A stretch of 64,000 nt of DNA from NCBI GenBank assembly GCA_964016885.1, contig OZ024741.1, positions 311,922,001 through 311,986,000 of the forward strand, given 5' to 3'. Position 1 is the stretch's first letter; the number at the start of each line of letters is the position of its first letter. The position numbers were made by a program, and so were the translations under genes. The notes beneath the pieces are model-generated. The model saw nothing but the letters and a program-made list of their open reading frames with translations. It did not search any database and was not told the DNA's origin. This DNA is from Eledone cirrhosa. Taxonomy: Eukaryota. Of this stretch, positions 38,173 to 51,904 are shown in pieces.

Positions 38173-41100
38173 CTAGCTGACGTACCCAGCTTCGCCCGGG
38201 TAAACAGATGATAAGAGAAGACAGGTAAAAGAGAAAATGACTGTATTGGATGTTTGTCTGGTTACAGTATGAGGCGAGTCCGTGGTGTCTGTATGATACA
38301 AAATCTTTTTTTTTAAATCTTCCAGTTATACCAGATTCTTCGTTGTACCGTTTGTGCATAGTATATGATCAATTCTAGGTGCTCCCACCTAGAATAGTGA
38401 CCTCCAAGGGATGGTTCATATTCTGCCTGACTGTAAAACGTGTATCATTGCATAGACGTGGTTGTTCCACGTTTCTCAAAAGGATGATGGAAGTTCCAAT
38501 ATTTTATATTATATGTAGATATAGATATAGATAATTAATAGAAAAGATGTCCGTCAATGTAAAAAAGGTCCCTATTTACTTGAAATGGTTTATACAAATG
38601 CCAAATTAATATGGATATGGATAACATGCTTTTCTATAAGTGGTCAGCTACAAAAATAAAACAACAAATTATAAGACAAAAATTTATTCAGTAATTTCCA
38701 GGCTCTTAGCCACTGAGTAATAGACTGTCAATATTGCCCAGAATTCAACTCGGGGAGGTGGCCTGGTTTGAACTCCAAATGGCGAATCCTTCTACTTCGA
38801 AAATAGAATCGTTTTTCAATATTACTCTAGCCCTGGCCGGCCATAGGATCCAACCTTTTTGCCCGACTCAGCATGTGAAGAGGTTTTATTATAACCGCAA
38901 TCAGAATCGATACATTTGAAGGCAATTTTGACCAATACTTGTTGGTTTTTATTGCTCATTATCGACAATAAATGATATTGAACAGAAATGATAACTCTGT
39001 CAAAGCTCAGAATACTGATCAATGGACATCAATGTCTGAATCATTTACGTCGAATATTCAGAGTAGTGAAGGCAATTTCTACCAATACTTGTTGGTATTT
39101 ATTGCGCAACATAGCCGTGAAATCAATCTTTAGCAATACTTGTTTGTTTTTATTGCTCATAACAACATTAAATGACATTGAACTTAAATGAAAACTCTGT
39201 CAAAGCTCACAAGACTGATCAAAGGACACCAATGTCCGAATCATTTACGTCGCTTATTGATAGCATTAAAGATATGCAAAAATCAGCTCAAAGCTTCATT
39301 ATAGACAATATTCAGGGTTGTTCTTCTGTTAGTGTATCAATTGCAAATGTTATACCATCAGGATCGCACACTCGAGATGCAGCAACATACAGTTTCCCAT
39401 AGCTGAATGCTGGACCATTCAAATAGACACCGACTCGCTTGAAAGTCTGTCCCTGTGACTTGTTGACAGTCATGGAGAAGGCCAAATTGACGGGAAACTG
39501 TCACCTTTGCTAAATGAATGGCAGCAAATCTTCTCTTGGTCTCAGCATGATCCTCGGAATAAGAAATCGATTCCTCTCTGCCTAGGAGTGTAGCTTCTAA
39601 ATCACTCCCGTTAACCAGTCTCTCAACTATCAATCTGGTACCATTGCAAAGACCCATTTTATGATTGATATTTCTAAGCAATATAATCGGCATACCCTTT
39701 TTCAACCTCAAAATATGTGGGGGAAATCCGGGTATTTGAAGTGAATTCAGATACTCAGTCGGAACATCCATATTGTTCTGCTGATTAGGCTCCATTGCAT
39801 CTGCACTGACGGTCAACTATTCCTCTCCGGGAAACATTCCGGCTACTTGTGAATTTATTTCATCGACCGTTGCATTCGTATGAGTTAGAATAACGCGTTC
39901 CGATATCCAGGAGATATTCTGCCGAAAAGCATTCAATTTATGGAACACCCAGTCAATCAATGCTTGACGGTCCAGTGGGATGACCAAATAGTCTGGGATT
40001 GTTATAGTCTGATTATCACCAATGTGAAGCAATTAATCGTTTCCCAACTGCATCAACCATCGGCCATATATCTCAGCCTCTTCGTTTTGCCCGAACATAT
40101 GAAGTCGCATATCATCGTGTAATCGCAAAACTCTGAATTGGCGCCACAAAAGGGACATTTTCAGACATGGATCGACAATTTGCGCCCTTTGAGCATTCCT
40201 AACAATTGGTAGCACCTATCTGAAATCACCACCAAGAACGATAGTCTTACCACCTAATGGCAGGTCACTACGGCAGATATCTCTCAAAGTTCTGTCAAAT
40301 GCCACCAGCAAATATCTGTGTGCCATTGGAGCCTTGTCCCAAACAATCAGAGACGTATTGCGTATAAGGCCCGCGAGTTCAGTTTGTCCTGTAATGTTAC
40401 AGACACTCAACTCATCCGGAGTCAATAGAGACTTGAAGCATGAGTGGCAGGCCCTTCCACCACTCAACAAAGTGGCAGCGATCCCACTGGTGGCCACAGG
40501 GAGAGCAATCTTCCTCTGAGCTCTGACTGCCAATAACATAGTGTTGAAACAGAATGTCTTTCCGGTGCCTCCTTGAACATCTAGGAAAGCATAAAGATGC
40601 TCATTAGTGGAAGCGAGTGGAGAACGCCATCGACCAATTCTCTCTGAGATTGGGTCAACATTGTCATACGTTCATCCACAATACGTTGCTGTTCTAGTGG
40701 ATCAAACTGGAATAGTTCCCTCCGATCGAGTGGCAACCGTCTAAGCTGCGATCTCATGTTCAATACTAAGACACGTTGCCGCATTTCTTCATCAGGAATT
40801 GGCAAATTCAAATCTGTTAAACATTTGAAATTAACTTCAAGCAGTTGCTCAATATTAAGCAAAACAATAGCTTTCATCAAATTTTCATCATCTACCTGAA
40901 GAATTATGCCTAAAATCATCAGCCATAATTCCACAATGGCGTTCAAATAACTCACTTGGACCTGCAGGATTGCAGAACCCTAGAATCGTGACAAACAACT
41001 GCCTTATTTGAGCTGGCATCTGTGTTGTTCCTGCAGCTTCCATGGCGTTATTCCATTCAGCGTATTCCTGAAGGAGTCCCAGATGCTGACACACAGCCTG

Positions 41101-43420
41101 GTATGTTTCATATTCCACTCCATTGATTGTTTTCAGATCAGCGAAGCTCTGTTTATCTCTCGAAAAATCATTATGCAACAGAATTAGGAGATAAAACACA
41201 TCACCAGATGCTGGATGGACATTACAAGCCCGTTCAATAGTCATGAATCTCAGCTTTTGTTTTCTATCATTCCATTTCTTTCCCTTCTTATCCCACATAT
41301 AGTGCAAAGGGAACTCGCAGTAGAGTTGCCTTTTATCCTGGTTCAAAGCATGTTGCCTATTATGCTTGAACCACTCAGTCAATTCCGTCTTAGGAGGTGG
41401 TGCGTTAGTAATTCTTTCAACACATCTGTTAGTCTCCGGAAAACATACCATTTGCCTATTTTCTAAGTGAACCGTCAGTTTCTGAACGCTGGGTTTGCGT
41501 TCATACATCTCAGGCCGCCGATGAACGACGATGGCAAAATAATGCGTCGTCCAATTTGCTTGTAATTGGCATCATCAGCTGTTAACACATCCTGTATATT
41601 AGTATGCAAATCAGCACTGATATGTTGCTGATGTGCAGCTATATAATTAAGCCTTTGATTTTCGATCTTTGCGAATACCATACACCAGTATTCCTGGAAC
41701 AATCTGCTGGCTTGAAATAGTGCATTTCTCTGTTGATTCCTCTCGTTCAAATGGAACGCGTAAAAGTCGTGAATCGAATTATTGTGTCTATTGCCGCCTC
41801 CCTGTTAAAGCTGATTCTTATGATCATCTAAATAAACAGACATGTTCCATCCATTTTCACCTTTTGGGAATAAAAGAACATAATACAATGGATAGTCTTA
41901 AGACATAATACAGTGATAGTCTTGAGACCACAATCACTGCGATTGAAGACGATATTGATTCCTTGGCACTACGTCAGCCTTAATTACCAATGTTAGCTGC
42001 TGAAGATTTTGCAGTTCAGCCACCAACATGAAATCCATAACATAAGGATTACACTGTCTAAGCAATGATCGAAAAATCACGGGTCAAATCATTTAACCTT
42101 TGCCGTTCAAGTTCAGTTATAATTCACAGCAACTTCATCCAACCGATCCTGATATCCTCCTCCGATTCACTATAATCTGGATCGTTAACGTAAATTTGAG
42201 CGAATCGAGGCCTCTCTCCTGGAGTAACTTCTAAATTACCGATACAATGATACAAACGGTCTTGAATGATTACATTCGGTTGCCATGCTCCACTGTCAAA
42301 CATCTCACTAACTCTCTGCGATGCTAAAGCTAATGAATTGTTAATTTGCCGCGAATATTTGCGCAATAATCTACCTCGGTCTCCTTGTCCACCCCACATA
42401 CTTAGTATTTTAAACTCCGGTGACTCCTCATCATCCAGCATTCGCAAGGGTTCTAGTTGAACTGCTCCTTTATGACCCCACATTGTGGTCCACGTCTTTT
42501 CGTGCCTCCAAATCAATGCTCCACAATGTGGACACCTTGCTCGTCCACCAATCTGAAAATGACACGGTTGCCATGATCCATTTTTAATATCATTCGTTCG
42601 CCTTCTAGCCTCTTTACTGGAATGAGGAGCACATTGGCGACACATTCTCTGAACTTCTGTATTGCGCTGGCGTTGATCAGCCAGATCCTCTTCATCAATC
42701 GCAGCACTCCGTTGCTGCTGAATTCCGGCCTTTTGCTGATGATGCTCAGCTAGTTCGTCTTCAACCATCGCAGCACGCCGTCGCTGCTTGGTTCCAGTGT
42801 TTCGTTGGCGTTGTTCAGCCAGTACGTCTTCATGACGGCGGCACCACTCCGCCTCCGAAGTTCGGCGTCCCGATGGCGCTGTTCGGCCCGTTTTTCTTCA
42901 TTCCTGGCTTCAAGCCGTCGCCGCTGTGGTTCACTGTTTGATAATGTCAAATTGTTTTTATTATCAGTATTCATTTCGAGCAATTGTCAAAATATGGCAC
43001 AATAATAAATATGAAAGATGTCCGTCAATGTAAAAAAAGGTCCCTATTTACTCCCTTGACAACTCTGTGTATGTTAGACGGACAGACAGGCACACAGACA
43101 CATACAAATAAACTGCGTGGCGATTGTGGAACGCCACACATATACACGCATGGAAACGCGCACACGCACGCAAACTTACACATGTTAATAGTTATTGCTT
43201 TCCTTCCGTTCTTATTTCCAGACACATCACACACATACATCTCTCTACACATATACATAGTGTATCCAACACAGCGTTCACACTCTACCCTCTCACTCCC
43301 TCATTGGCTTTATGCATATTAATTTCAGCTTGGTGTTGTTGAAGTGGGCGGAATCATTTGAAACCTATGAACTAATGACAATCGAGAATTATGACACACG
43401 GAATACTGACATTGTTCATA

Positions 43421-43422
<2 letters not shown>
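38173..43422 (-). mobile_element. Helitron with decayed RepHel (Rep core deleted, helicase present)
   Basis: 3' hairpin CCCGGGC gaa GCTGGG plus CTAG|T at 38173; CPHCGA zinc finger, PRFAQIY, LPSSFIGG, GGTGKT, ATSGIAATLL, GGDFR, PPHILRLKKGMPIILLRN, GLCNGTRL. Confidence 0.92.
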
Positions 43423-43470
<48 letters not shown>

Positions 43471-43481
43471 TTTAGAACTAT

Positions 43482-43582
43482 TAGAACTATTTCATTCAAA
43501 TGAAATCATCAGGAAAGCCATTTCCAGATGATCTCTTTGGATGAAACCTTTCCAGTCCTGTAGGAGCGGTTTCTATATTAAA
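43482..43582. ncRNA. Tiny inverted pair of hammerhead motifs (5752/33210 family)
   Basis: Minus strand CTGATGA-T-TTC attt GAA-T-GAAA (43490-43512); plus strand CAGATGA-tctctttggat-GAAA-cctttc-cagtcctgtag (43525-43563). Confidence 0.6.
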
Positions 43583-43738
43583 CATCATATGTACACACAT
43601 ACACACACAAACACACACACACACACACGCAAATATATATATATGTATGTGTCTGTGTGTGTGTGTGCGTGTGTGTGTATGTGTGTATGTGTGTGTGTGT
43701 GTGGGGGGTAGTAAATACGTAACAAGTTTTTGATATAC

Positions 43739-43873
43739 CTTGTTGGCAATCTTCACCAGTATAACCTGCAGAACATCCATCTGAACATGTTCCATTTTGC
43801 TCGTCACAGTTCGTGTTATTGAGACAATGGCATTTCCCTGTACAATTACCACCAAAGTTTCCTATTCGGCATT
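43739..43873 (-). CDS. EGF-like repeat exon (8 Cys, laminin/MEGF type), 135 bp, phase 1-1
   Basis: ttcAG|AA TGC...CAA CAA G|GTA; ECRIGNFGGNCTGKCHCLNNTNCDEQNGTCSDGCSAGYTGEDCQQ. Confidence 0.85.
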
Positions 43874-44054
43874 CTGAAATATATATAAGATTTCTATATT
43901 AAACATCATATTTACACACACACACACACAAACGCATGCACGCAGACACCCGCACTTCCCCACACCCACACACACAAACTCACACACATGCATATATATA
44001 TATGTGTTGTGTATATAGTAATTATTGCCATTACGTAACAAGTTTATGATATAC

Positions 44055-44186
44055 CTTGGCAATTCTCACCAGCATAACTTGCAGAACATCCATCTGAACA
44101 TGTTCCATTCTGCTCGTCACAGTTCGTGTTATTGAGACAATGGCATTTCCCTGTACAATTACCACCAAAGTTTCCTATTCGGCATT
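44055..44186 (-). CDS. EGF-like repeat exon, 132 bp, phase 1-1
   Basis: AG/GT sites; ECRIGNFGGNCTGKCHCLNNTNCDEQNGTCSDGCSASYAGENCQ. Confidence 0.85.
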
Positions 44187-44363
44187 CTGAAATATATATA
44201 AGATTTCTATATTAAACATCATATTTACACACACACACAAACGCATGCACGCAGACACCCGCACTTCCCCACACCCACACACACAAACTCACACACATGC
44301 ATATATATATATGTGTTGTGTATATAGTAATTATTGCCATTACGTAACAAGTTTATGATATAC

Positions 44364-44495
44364 CTTGGCAATTCTCACCAGCATAACTTGCAGAACATCC
44401 ATCTGAACATGTTCCATTTCGCTTGTCACAGTTCGTGTTATTGAGACAATGGCATGTCCCATCACAAGCAACACCAAACTTTCCTACTGGGCATC
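44364..44495 (-). CDS. EGF-like repeat exon, 132 bp, phase 1-1 (multiple-EGF-domain protein, MEGF10/11-CED-1-like repeat type)
   Basis: AG/GT sites; CPVGKFGVACDGTCHCLNNTNCDKRNGTCSDGCSASYAGENCQ. Confidence 0.85.
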
Positions 44496-44803
44496 CTGAA
44501 AATATCAATATATATGATAATGTTGAAGATATCATTAATTACATACAGATATCAATGATACAATTCCATACCAATTTTTAAGATTTAAGTGGCCTTGTGA
44601 TAAACATATGAACGTTTATACTTATTGAATATTATATCGATCCTCTATAATATATACATGGATTTTTAGTTCAGTTAAATGCAATGTTAAACATATTATA
44701 CAAGAAACAAACAATACCATAAGAAAAATAAACATATAATCCTACAAAATCTTACCATATTCTAACAGTTGCTACGATATGTATTTGCGACATTCTTATA
44801 TAT

Positions 44804-44862
<59 letters not shown>

Positions 44863-44922
44863 ATATATAGTGTATATATATAACTGCATACATACATACA
44901 TACATCCATACATATATACATA

Positions 44923-47235
44923 CAGGCAAGTGTTCAAGGGAGATAAACTTATACCAGAATGGTTGACATTAGCACAAACAATACTGGTCCTCAAGAACAA
45001 ATACACCCACTTGGCAAAAAACAACCGACCCATTGCATGCCAGAACCTGATGCATAAGGTGTATACAGACTGCCTGAACCTATTCATCCAAGATCACTGT
45101 GAAAATAATCACATCATCGCAGATGAACAAGCAGCTGGAAAGAACGGGGTTTTGTGGTGTGATGTACTATTCCTAATAAACAAAACTGCGATGTAGGAGC
45201 TGGGACAACTTAGGAGGAATATGGATACAGTCTGGCTGGACTACAGGAAAGTTTCGATTCTGCTCCTTCTTCTTGGGCTACTATCCTAAAGTTAAAGACA
45301 GAGAAGGAGGACTCTATTTTCACTGATAAAATAGAATATCACAGAGGTATATTTCAAAGAGACAGTCTCTCTGTGATAATATTTATCCCGTCATTAAACT
45401 CTTTGTCTTTTCTGCTCAAGAAATGTGAAGTATACATCATTGGCTCACAGGAAGACAGAAATACGAGCCTAGTCCATAATTTCTTTGTGGATGGTCTGAT
45501 ACTCTACGCCAAGAATATAAATGGGATAAAGAAAAATCTTGACCTGGTTACAACATTCTCAAAGGATATAGGAATGGAGTTTGGTCAAGATAAATGTTCA
45601 TATATGACTGTAAAGTAGGGAAAAACAACAACCCAATACAGCAACATTGACATCAATGGCCTAACTGTTTTCACCGATATCTGATGAGGATTGTTACAGA
45701 TACCTGGGGATAGATGAGAACATATCCTATAATTGATCTGTAATAAGGAACGTGTAACCAGAGAATATTACAAACGATTAAGAAACATATGGTCATCGGA
45801 ACTCAGTGGCTAATAATGTGTTTGCTGTGCCAGTCCTAACACCAACGTTTGGAATACTCAATTGGACAATAGACGAAATCCGAGCAATTGATGTTAGAAC
45901 TCGAAAAATACTAAACAACACCGGAAACTTCCACATTACCAGTGACATAGACAACCTTTTCTTGAAATGTAAGCATGGAGACAGCATTTGAATGTCGCAT
46001 CATATCCCTCCCAAAACATCTACCAACCTCAAAGCGTAGGAACCCGTCTCTCGAGCAAATCTATCTTCATGAAACAAATAAGATCATGAGAGTTGGGAAG
46101 GAACGTCTCGAAAGATATTCCCTGTGTGATAATGAAAAGCTCACACGCAGAGAAGTCGCTAAGCAGTAGCGCAGTAAATCCATGGATGGAAAACTGCATG
46201 CTTATCAGCAAAAAAATCATGCATGGATATGTTGCCAGGAAGCTCCAGAAGGAGAGTAATATAGGGAAAGAAAGTAGTCTATCTTGGATCAACAACTGCT
46301 ATATTGCTACCATTGTGAAGGATACGCTTTTGTAATCCAAGAACAGGAAATCAACACGAAAAGAGATAGAAATGCAGGCAAAATACCTAGATGTGATAAC
46401 AAGTACAGACTCTGCAGAATTAACATCGAAGATGTCACCCATCTCATAAGCAGCTGTCCAAAGATGTCATCGCGGTACTATCTACTTATGAGGTATGATG
46501 TAGTGGCCAAATCACTGTACAATGCAATCCGTAGAAAAGATAGCCCCGATAATAAACACATCAAAAACTACACACAATGTGGAAGGCATACATATACATA
46601 ATATGAAATAGTACTGGTGTAATGTTCCTGTAAAACCCCCATTAAAATGCAGGCACAACAGACCAGATATAATGATATGGGACAGGGAAAAGAAGGCAGG
46701 CGCAGTAGTGGAAGTTAGTTGCACAGCAGATGCCAATATAATATATAAGATTAGCAAAAAGGACAATATTTATGCAGAACTAATGAGAAATCTGCTGATA
46801 TTCCACCCTGATTATACCTTCAGATATATACCTGTGATCATTGGGACACCGGGATATGTTAGTAACTGCCTCAATACAAATCTTGAGAAGCTGGGATTCA
46901 CAGGAACGAAAAGAACACAAGTACAATCCGTTAAAGGAACAGTAAAAATATGTAAAACATTCCAAAAACTTTGCATCTAATAACTGCATCTAATAACTGC
47001 ATATACGCAGGTACAGATACAAAGCGTATACACATGCACATACATGCAGCTCAAACATACAATAACATCCACACATACAATAACGTCCATACTTACACCT
47101 GCATGCATGCAGACATGCAGACATATCTACCTAGTTGATGTTGTGTAAATTCCAATGAGAGGTTCTTGTAACTAAGTTACAAACCGCCTCTCTCTCTATT
47201 GGCAAACATTTGTGAAATTATAAAACCAGAAGAAC
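44923..47235 (+). mobile_element. R4/Dong-like non-LTR retrotransposon (RT, CCHC, restriction-like endonuclease), 5'-truncated and decayed
   Basis: PEWL...RPIAC, WLDYRK, RGIFQRDSLS, HNFFVDG, FGQDKC, YRYLG, RLCRINIEDVTHLISSC, RHNRPDIMIWD, VEVSC, PVIIG; lies within a CATA/TA microsatellite. Confidence 0.85.
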
Positions 47236-47254
47236 ATACATATATATATATATA

Positions 47255-50200
47255 TCTAAACTATAATAAAGTAAGTCTGCGGAACTGCGTACGGTTTATT
47301 TCTTATAATTCTGTTAGTAAAATAAGTTAGATTACTTTGAATAAATAATTAATGAACATTACATAATTTATGTTATAAAAACACAAATAATTTAAAATTG
47401 ACTCCTTTTCAAATGTTCATTCACATTTCTACACTTCCTGTATAGTGTCAACACCACCACCCACTTCAGCTACCATATATATTGAAAGAGAGAGTGTGTG
47501 ATGAGAGAGATAGAGAGATTATGATTTTCTACACGCTGACGCGTATGAGTGTGCACATACATACTTCTATATGTATGAGTATATAACTATTATGAGTATA
47601 TAATTATAATCGAGCAAACAAAAAATACACGCTCACATACATTCACACAAATACACATACTTTCACACAAACATACATACATTCACACATATACATTTAC
47701 AAAAACACACACATACAATCATGATAACAGCGTTCGGTGAATTGTAAATGGGAGGGTAAAACAAGTATAACGATTTATTTATTCATTAAAACTCATATCT
47801 ATTTATTAATTTCAAGAACGTCAGTATTCCGTGTGTTATAATTCTTGATTATCATTGGTTCACAGGTTTCAAACGACTCAGCCCACCTCAACGACGCTAA
47901 ACTGAAATTAATATGCATAATGCCAATGTGGGAGTGAGAGGGGATGGTCTGAACTATTAACATGTGTGCATGTATATGTACGTTCGCGTATTTTATGTGT
48001 GTTTGCGTGCGTACAGCATTCCACAGAAAGTAAAAACTATCGACATGTGTAAATGTGTGCGTGTGTTAGTTTGCGTGCGTGTGCGCGTTTCCATGCGTGT
48101 ATGTGTGTGGCGTTCCACAATCGCCACGCAGTTTATCTGTCTGTGTGCCGGTCTGTCAGTCTAACATACACAGAGCTGTGAGAGGAGTAAATAGGGACCC
48201 TTCTTTACATTGCCGGACATCTTTTATATATATGATCGTGTCATTTTTGGACAATTGCTCGAAATGAATACTGATATTACAAGCAATTCGACTTTATCAA
48301 ACAGTGACCTACGGCGGCGACGGCGTGCAGCCAGGAATGAAGAAAAACGGGCCGAACAGCGCCATCGGAACGCCGAACTTCAGGGCGAAGAGGTGCCGCC
48401 ATGAGTGAAGACGAACTGGCTGAACAACTCCAACGAAACACTGGAGCCAAGCAGCGACGGCGTGCTGCGAGGGCTGAAAACGAAGTGGCTGAGCATCATC
48501 AGCAGATTGCGAGAATTCAGCAGCAACGGCGTGCTGCGATGGATGGAGTGGAGCTGGCCGAAGCGCGCCAGCGAAATACAGAAGTTCAGAGAATGTGTTG
48601 CCAAAGTGCTCCTCATTCCAGTAAAGAGGCTAGAAGGCGAACGAATGATATTAAAAATGGATCATGGCAACCGTGTCATTTTCAGATTGGTGGACGAGCA
48701 GAGTGTCCACATTGTGGAGCATTGATTTGGAGGCACGAAAAGACGTGGACCACAATGTGCTGTGATAAAGGAGCAGTTCAACTAGAACCCTTGCGAATGC
48801 CGGATGATGAGGAGTCACCGGAGTTTAAAATACTAAGTATGTATGGTGATCAAGGAGACCGAGGTAGATTACTGCGCAAATATTCGCGGCGAATTAACAA
48901 TTCATTAGCTTTAGCATCGCAGAGAGTTAGTGAGATGTTTGACAGTGGAGCATGGCAACCGAATGTAGTCATTCAAGGCCGTTTGTATCATTTTATCGGT
49001 AATTTAGAAGTTACTCCAGGAGAGAGGCCTCGATTCGCTCAAATTTACGTTAACGATCCTGATTATAGTGAATCGGAGGAGGATATCAGGATCGGTTGGA
49101 TGAAGTTGCCTGGAAATATAACTGAACTGGAACGGCAAAGATTAAGTGATTTGATCAGTGATTTGCTATCATGGTTTAGGCAGTGTAATCCTTATATTAC
49201 GGATTTAATGTTTGTGGCTGAACTGCAAAATGTTCAGCAGCAAACATTGGTGACTAAGGCTGACGCAGTGCCAAGGAATCAAAACGAACGTTGATATAAT
49301 GCCCCTGAAGGATTTCGTGAAGTTGCAGTGATGATGGACGATAAGCCTGGATCAAGAGATATCGTCCTCAGTCGCAGAGATGGTGGTCTCAAGACTATCA
49401 ATGAGTTAAATGCGGCATACGATCCATTGCATTATCTTCTTTTATTCCCCAAAGGTGAAAATGGATGGACCATGTCTCTTCATTTAAATGATCATGAGAA
49501 TCAGCATCAACAGGAAGGTGGCAATAGACACAATAATTCGATATAATCCATATTCGATTATAAAATATCGTTGTCATATTAATGTGGACATTTGTAGTTG
49601 TAGCTCAGTGAAAGCTTGCAAATATCTATTCAAATATGTTTACAAAGGGCATGATCGGGCAATAATCAATGTCAGGTATGAGGAAGCGAACCAAGGATAT
49701 GAAGTTGGCAGGTTCCAGGTTGTTCGCTCGATTTGATCTAGCGAAGCTTGCTGGAGATTGTTCGATTTTGATCTCAATGAACGCAAACCCAACAATCAGA
49801 AACTGACGGTTCACTTAGAGAATAGACAAATGGTCTGATTTCAGGACACTAGAAGAGGTATCGAAAGAATTGGTAACGCACCACCTCCTAGGACCGAATT
49901 GACTGAGTGGTTCAAGCATAATAGGGAACATGCTTTGAACCCGGTTTCAAAGGCAACTCTACTGCGATTTCCCTTTGCACTATACGTTGGATAAAAAGGG
50001 AAAGAAATGGAATGATAGAAAACAAAAGTTGAGATTCATGACTATTGGACGGGTTTGTAATGTTCATCCAGCATCTGGTGATGTGTTTTATCTCCGAATT
50101 CTGTTGCATAATGATTTTTCGAGAGGTAAACAGAGCTTCGCTTATTTGAAAACAATCAATGGCGTGGAATATGAAACATACCAAGCTGTGTGTTAGCATC

Positions 50201-51311
50201 TGGGACTCCTTCAGGATGACGCTGAATGGAATAACGCCATGGAAGCTGCAGGAACAACACAGATGCCAGCTCGAATAAGGCAGTTGTTTGTCACGATTCT
50301 AGGGTTCTGCAATCCTGCCGGTCCAAGTGAGTTATTTGAACGCCATTGAGGAATTATGGCTGATGATTTTAGGCATAATTCTTCAGGTAGATGATGAAAA
50401 TTTGATGAAAGCTATTGTTTTGCTCAATATTGAGCAACTGCTTGAAGTTCATTTCAAATGTTTAACAGATTTGAATTTGCTAATTCCTGATGAAGAAATG
50501 CGGCAACGTATCTTAGCATTGAACATGAGATTGCAGCTTAGACGGTTGCCACTCAATCGGAGGGAACTATTCCAGTTTGATCCACTAGAACAGCAACGTA
50601 TTGTGGATGAACGTATGACAATGTTGACCCAATCTCAGAGAGAATTGGTCGATGGCGTTCTCCACTCGCTTCCACGAATGAGCAACTTTATGCTTTCATA
50701 GATGTTCCAGGTGGCACCAGAAAGACATTCTGTTTCAACACTATGTTATCCGCAGTCAGAGCTCAGAGGAAGATTGCTCTTCCCGTGGCCACCAGTGGGA
50801 CCGCTGCCACATTGCTGAGTGGTAGAAAGACCTTCCACCCATGCTTCAAGGCTCCATTGGCTCCGGATGAGTTGTGTGTCTGTAACATTACAGGACAAAA
50901 TGAACTCGCGGGCCTTATAAGAAATACATCTCTGATTATTTGGGACGCGGCTCCAATGGCACACAGATATTTGCTGGAGGGGGCAGAATTTTGACAGATA
51001 TCTGCGGTAGTGACCTGCCATTTTGAGAAACGTGGAATAACCACGTCTATGCAATGATACACATTTTACAGCCAGGCAGAAGATGAACCATCTCCGACAG
51101 GTCATTATTTTAGGTGGAAGCACCTAGATTTGTTCAGATACTATGCACAAACGGTACAACGAAGAATCTGGTATACTGTTTTTTGTATCACACAGACACC
51201 ACGGACTCGCCTCATACTGTAACCAGACAAACATCCAATACAGTCATTTTCTCTAATACCTGTCTTCTCTTATCTTCTGTTTACCCGGGCAAAGCTGAGT
51301 ACGCCATCTAA
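47255..51311 (+). mobile_element. Helitron of the same family as 38173-43422, opposite orientation, different internal deletions
   Basis: Probable 5' A|TCTAAACTATAATAAAG; ORF 48401-49294 (22-aa repeats, CPHCGA..CC), YDPLHYLLLFP, KYLFKYVYKG, partial helicase; 3' CCCGGGC aaa GCTGAG...CTAA|T. Confidence 0.9.
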
Positions 51312-51350
51312 TTTAATATAATTGTTACAGAACGAAAGGATTAACAAATA

Positions 51351-51738
51351 CAATTGTTTCTACTAGGCCAGCAATGGGTACAAGGCCAGCAATTATCCCA
51401 GTGTATTACTGGTACTTTATTTTATCGACCCCATAAGGATGAAAGGCAAAGTTAACCTCGGTGGGATTTGAACTCAGATCGTAAATGGCCGTAACTCTAT
51501 GCTGCCAAGCATAGCATCCGACCCTCTACCGATACTGCCAATCCACCACCCTTTTAATAATTGTTTCTACTTTTGGAACAAGGCCAGCAATTATCCCAGT
51601 GCATTACTGGTACTTTATTTTATCGACACCGACAGAATGAAAGGCCAAGTTACCCTCGACGCGATTTGAACTCAGACCGTAAAGAGACGAATCTATGCTG
51701 GAAAGCATGGCGTCCGACCCACTACCGATGCTGCCAAT
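51351..51738 (-). mobile_element. Two tandem SINE copies (51351-51551, 51556-51738)
   Basis: Same SINE family. Confidence 0.85.
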
Positions 51739-51904
51739 TGAATATCATACAAAGGGAAAGGAAACAAAAAGAAAGAGAAAAATTATACAAGACATCTTAG
51801 ACTACATAGAACAAATTGCAGGCGAAGGAGTAGTTAAAAAAAAAGAGCCGCTACCAGAGCAAAAGATAGCATTAGAGCGAGGAGCACTGGCAAACCTCTC
51901 AAAC

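Noticed and set aside
45681-45720. CTGATGAG hammerhead-like start
   Set aside because: It lies within the R4-like coding sequence and has no stem II/GAAA partner.
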